In this document: positions 39,723 through 42,472 of the stretch, in pieces
How positions within the stretch are numbered: the stretch's first letter is position 1
How the letters are laid out: each line of letters starts with the position of its first letter
From: Pseudomonadota bacterium
Lineage (GTDB): Bacteria; Myxococcota_A; UBA9042; GCA-2863065
Length of the DNA: 42,472 nucleotides
Direction of reading: 5' to 3'
Assembly: GCA_002863065.1 (NCBI GenBank)
Contig: PKDL01000144.1
Coordinates: forward strand, 1-42,472
Notes under the pieces: generated by a model
What the model saw: only the letters and a program-made list of their open reading frames with translations
Databases searched by the model: none
What the model was told of the DNA's origin: nothing
Translations under genes and position numbers: made by a program

Positions 39723-40433
39723 TTAGCTCAGCAAGGAAATGAAATCCATCGCCAAGGCTACGGTGACATGTAGCAGGATACCTGGCCATATGGACCGTGT
39801 TCGGAGGCTGAGATACGCGAGGCCGACTCCGGCGAAAATAGCTCCGGCAGTCTCTAGCCACGGCTTTTGAAAGTGAATCATGACGTAGGGTAGTGTGGTA
39901 ATCCATACGCTTGTCTCTCCAATCTGCCGCTCCAGCAAATGAAGCATTGCGCCACGAAAGAAGAACTCTAGTGCTATAAATTGGCCTAGATAAACCCATT
40001 CGAACACGACCCAATCCGGCCAAATGACGTCTGATTTGAAGAATGGATACGTAGCCCGAAAGTCTGGGAGGTCTTTCACTGCGAGGATAAAGACGAGTAG
40101 CCCGACCGTGCAGCTACCTAAAACTTGCCAAGGCGTATTTTGTGGTTTGCGCCAACCCAAATCTGAAAAAGAAATGCCGTATGCAGACCGCAGGGCCACC
40201 GCAGGAAGGATCCCCCAGATCAATATGCTCGCTACGGCCCATCCCAAATTCGAGATCAGATCGGGTCGCGAATGGACCCATTCACTTGCTTCAAATGGCA
40301 GTGGCCGTAGCCAGACGTGTAACTGCGTTACGAGCGTATAACTCACCCATCCACTGGTTACGAGGTAGTGGTGCATGCAAATCAGGGCGGTAGCTCCGAG
40401 CAGGACCATTCGTGGTGAGGGGCTTTTGTGCAT
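39723..40433 (-). CDS. CPBP (CAAX/Abi) intramembrane glutamic endopeptidase
   Basis: LEFFFRG, MIHFQKP, RSIWPGILLH and multiple TM segments. Confidence 0.88.
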   Translation of the reverse strand: MHKSPSPRMVLLGATALICMHHYLVTSGWVSYTLVTQLHVWLRPLPFEASEWVHSRPDLISNLGWAVASILIWGILPAVALRSAYGISFSDLGWRKPQNTPWQVLGSCTVGLLVFILAVKDLPDFRATYPFFKSDVIWPDWVVFEWVYLGQFIALEFFFRGAMLHLLERQIGETSVWITTLPYVMIHFQKPWLETAGAIFAGVGLAYLSLRTRSIWPGILLHVTVALAMDFISLLS

Positions 40434-40584
40434 ATCCGGTGGTGTCGCACAAATCTGCTGGGTTTAGCCAGCTTTGCTTTACGGCGGTTTATTATGAATA
40501 GGCGCTCTCGCCGCACGTCTCTAGTTACGTCCGAGGACCTGATTTCCAGAGTCAGTTCGTGCAGAGGTACGGGAGCAAGCCACT

Positions 40585-41406
40585 ATGATCGCAGTTAATT
40601 TCGTCGCGAGTAAACTTCGTTTTGGATTACTTATTTTTATGTCATGCCTAGTCGCTGCACCGGCCGTGCTTGCCGAAACACCATCATCAGAGACGATGCT
40701 TATTCAAGATGAGGAACGTCATCCGCGACGTTATAGAGTAGTACGTCGTCGACGCGTGGTTACCGTGAGAACTCCTCCTGCTAGGCGTGTACGCCCGGTA
40801 GCATTCGTTGCGCAAAGCGATACGGGGCCAACACCGTTATTGGGTGTCGGTATTCGTATAAGCGGGATTGCGCTTGATGGTGAGAAGTTGAGTCTGGACG
40901 ACTTCGAGAATCCCGTCATGGGTGGAGTTGGCGTGCACTTTAGGACCAAGCTGACACGTCGCTGGGGGCTCGAGCTTAGCTTTGATTATCTCCGCCGAGA
41001 TGGTGACCAATCACGATACGTACAGGAGACGATGCCGCTGATGCTCAGTGGTATGTTCCATGTATTTCCCGACAGTCCTATTGATTTATATGCACTCGCC
41101 GGCGTGGGCGTCCACTTCACAAATTTATCATATGCAGAAGGTCTCTTTGAACATCATGCGTTGGAATTTGCCGGGCAGCTTGGTGCAGGTGTACAGGTTC
41201 GCTTTGGGGACCACTTTGCTATTTACGCTGACGTGCGCTTTGTAACTGTCTACAAAAACCTAGGGTCTGTTGATCGGGTGGCTAACGACTGCCTATCGAG
41301 TCGTGCAGGCGCTACAGGGTTTTGTGGAGGTCTCAACAATCTAGACCCGACAGATAAATGGAACATTGGGGCGCAGTTTCAAGCGGGTGCTACCTATTAC
41401 TTCTAG
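40585..41406 (+). CDS. Outer-membrane beta-barrel protein (OmpA/OmpW-like, probably 8 strands)
   Basis: Signal peptide, amphipathic strands (WGLELSFDY, LYALAGVG, GQLGAGVQV) and terminal GATYYF. Confidence 0.8.
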   Translation: MIAVNFVASKLRFGLLIFMSCLVAAPAVLAETPSSETMLIQDEERHPRRYRVVRRRRVVTVRTPPARRVRPVAFVAQSDTGPTPLLGVGIRISGIALDGEKLSLDDFENPVMGGVGVHFRTKLTRRWGLELSFDYLRRDGDQSRYVQETMPLMLSGMFHVFPDSPIDLYALAGVGVHFTNLSYAEGLFEHHALEFAGQLGAGVQVRFGDHFAIYADVRFVTVYKNLGSVDRVANDCLSSRAGATGFCGGLNNLDPTDKWNIGAQFQAGATYYF

Positions 41407-41819
41407 GGTGCGATGTCGCGCCATGAAAGCGAATGCGGCACGCAACCATCCCGCGCAGATGGGCAATCTGGGCGCTGGTATTCGCTCGGATACGCGCGCT
41501 GGTAATTATGTATATAGTGATCTATCCGGTTGGCGATTCTGGTGAGTTTTGCGTTGGCGACAGCTACTCAGAGGCCGTTCGAATCTTTCATTTCTTCATT
41601 GTACGCTGTGGCATATCGCGGTGCGCATTTTTACGATCGGAAACTGTGGCAAGCCACTGCGGGGTGTACACAAGCTAGACACCCGCCGAAGTGCTGTTCA
41701 ATTAATGAACGATGTTCATTTTTCATCACATTCACAAGGACTTAGGCTTTTGTTCTCACCGCTTGTGCACAGGATGTGGACAAAAAAAAAGAAAGTGCAC
41801 ACAGATACGACAGGTGCGG

Positions 41820-41842
41820 TATCAAATGATTTCAATGGGTTA
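41820..41842. promoter_or_regulatory. IHF-like binding site
   Basis: TATCAAATGATTTCAATGGGTTA holds two overlapping near-matches to WATCAANNNNTTR and lies immediately upstream of a -24 box. Confidence 0.45.
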
Positions 41843-41847
41843 TGTTT

Positions 41848-41862
41848 TGGCACGGTCCATGT
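41848..41862 (+). promoter_or_regulatory. Sigma54-like -24/-12 promoter; predicted +1 at about 41873-41874
   Basis: TGGCACG-GTCC-ATGT: a perfect -24 box and GG-N10-GT instead of GG-N10-GC. The predicted start coincides with the first helix of the structured region. Confidence 0.55.
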
Positions 41863-41872
41863 AAAGGGAAGT

Positions 41873-42472
41873 GGCCGAGCGCTGCAACGGCAGCCGGCGA
41901 GCGGACTAGCTCGCCTAACGCAGATTTTTCTGCTGACAAGCGAGTATCTAGTGAAAAAACGCTGCAAGGCGACATTCAACTAGATCAAATAGTCCAGGAA
42001 TCGACGAAGGGCGCTAGGTCTGAGAAGACAGTAGCTCTAGACACAATGACAAACCCTGAGGTCCAATCGCGACTAAGACGCCCGCACGCGGAGACGCTGC
42101 GGTTGAGTTGGTCGGAGAAAAAGGGCGAGAGTGGTGGTTAGGAGACTAACCTAATTATGCTCTGTAAACCTTCGTCGGAGCACGGCGCTCAAGGCGCTCG
42201 CGCTGTTGAAATACACAGTGCACGCGACTGAGTGACGTGTTTGTCTCAGAGAGCAGGCCGCAACCGTAAGGATACGGGCTGTGAATCTGAGAAATCCCAT
42301 GAGTGGGAGCGGTCTGAAAAACGACCGCATAGGCGGCACAGAAACCCCGCGAGGGTGTGAGAAACACCGAGGCGGGTGCCTTCGAGACTGGTAATCTCGA
42401 AGCGAGTCCAGCGCAAGCGAGACAGACTGTGCCGATGCACGACGCGCCAACGAGCTTGCCTCGAAGGCGACG
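41873..42472 (+). ncRNA. Candidate large, highly structured non-coding RNA (at least 600 nt, 3' end outside the window, family not identified)
   Basis: More than a dozen helices, long-range pairings (41876-82/42194-200, 42001-10/42169-78, 42334-41/42427-34), GNRA loops that read correctly only on + and a loop pseudoknot GGACTA/TAGTCC; no credible CDS. Confidence 0.75.

Noticed and set aside
39723-40433. CPBP protease as a myxosortase for the giant Cys-rich protein
   Set aside because: The giant protein has no C-terminal MYXO-CTERM-like TM plus Arg tail, and the CPBP subfamily cannot be assigned by eye.
41763-41801. DnaA-box cluster / oriC (TTGTGCACA, and TTGTCCACA on the minus strand)
   Set aside because: No perfect TTATCCACA, no dnaA/dnaN/gidA neighbours in the window and no clear unwinding element. 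The spacing fits enhancer boxes for the -24/-12 element better. Kept as an alternative explanation.
41842-42450. Track ORFs 41842-42141 (+), 42151-42450 (-), 42155-42367 (-) and 42246-42440 (-)
   Set aside because: Short, no RBS or recognisable motif, and mutually overlapping. The region is better explained by RNA secondary structure.
41873-42472. RNase P RNA, rRNA or tmRNA identity for the structured region
   Set aside because: GTAAACC..CGGAGCA superficially recalls RNase P, but the universal GAGGAAAGTCC and ACAGAA.CCGGC P4 strands are missing. There are no conserved 16S/23S blocks and no tRNA-like GGGG..G/TTCGA tmRNA ends.
41873-42472. Group I or II intron
   Set aside because: No interrupted host gene, no GTGCG at the predicted 5' end, and no domain V or P7 core recognised; a promoter-like element precedes it. 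Not fully excluded because the 3' part lies outside the window.

Overview
Chromosomal segment of about 50-55% GC (by eye). The gene content (Cys-rich CDGxDNDCDG repeat giant protein, FHA-sigma54 activator, DksA, PspA, CIRCE-groESL) points to Myxococcota/deltaproteobacteria; this is an inference. In order: a partial pseudo-receiver/HisKA kinase missed by the ORF track, tRNA-Thr(CGT), an AMMECR1-lipoprotein-TPR/beta-barrel operon, a GT2/GT-C glycosylation locus, RNase E, a PspA + AAA+ ATPase pair, a 10-kb cluster (two carbamoyltransferases, GT2, GT-C, MBL hydrolase, PP-loop enzyme, alpha/alpha-barrel protein, radical SAM), an XRE-SorC regulator, mce, groEL/groES with a perfect CIRCE, a 2085-aa Cys-rich surface protein, an FHA-EBP, a tandem HU-like protein, MATE, DksA, a CPBP protease and an outer-membrane beta-barrel. 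The most striking feature is at the right end. About 41873 to beyond 42472 has no credible CDS but folds on the + strand into a dense multi-domain RNA of at least 600 nt, with many GNRA and T-loop-like hairpins, long-range helices and a loop pseudoknot. It lies directly downstream of a sigma54-like -24/-12 element, an IHF-like site and repeated enhancer-like boxes. It is a candidate large non-coding RNA and is truncated by the window edge. All protein calls come from motif recognition by eye; no database search or folding computation was run.
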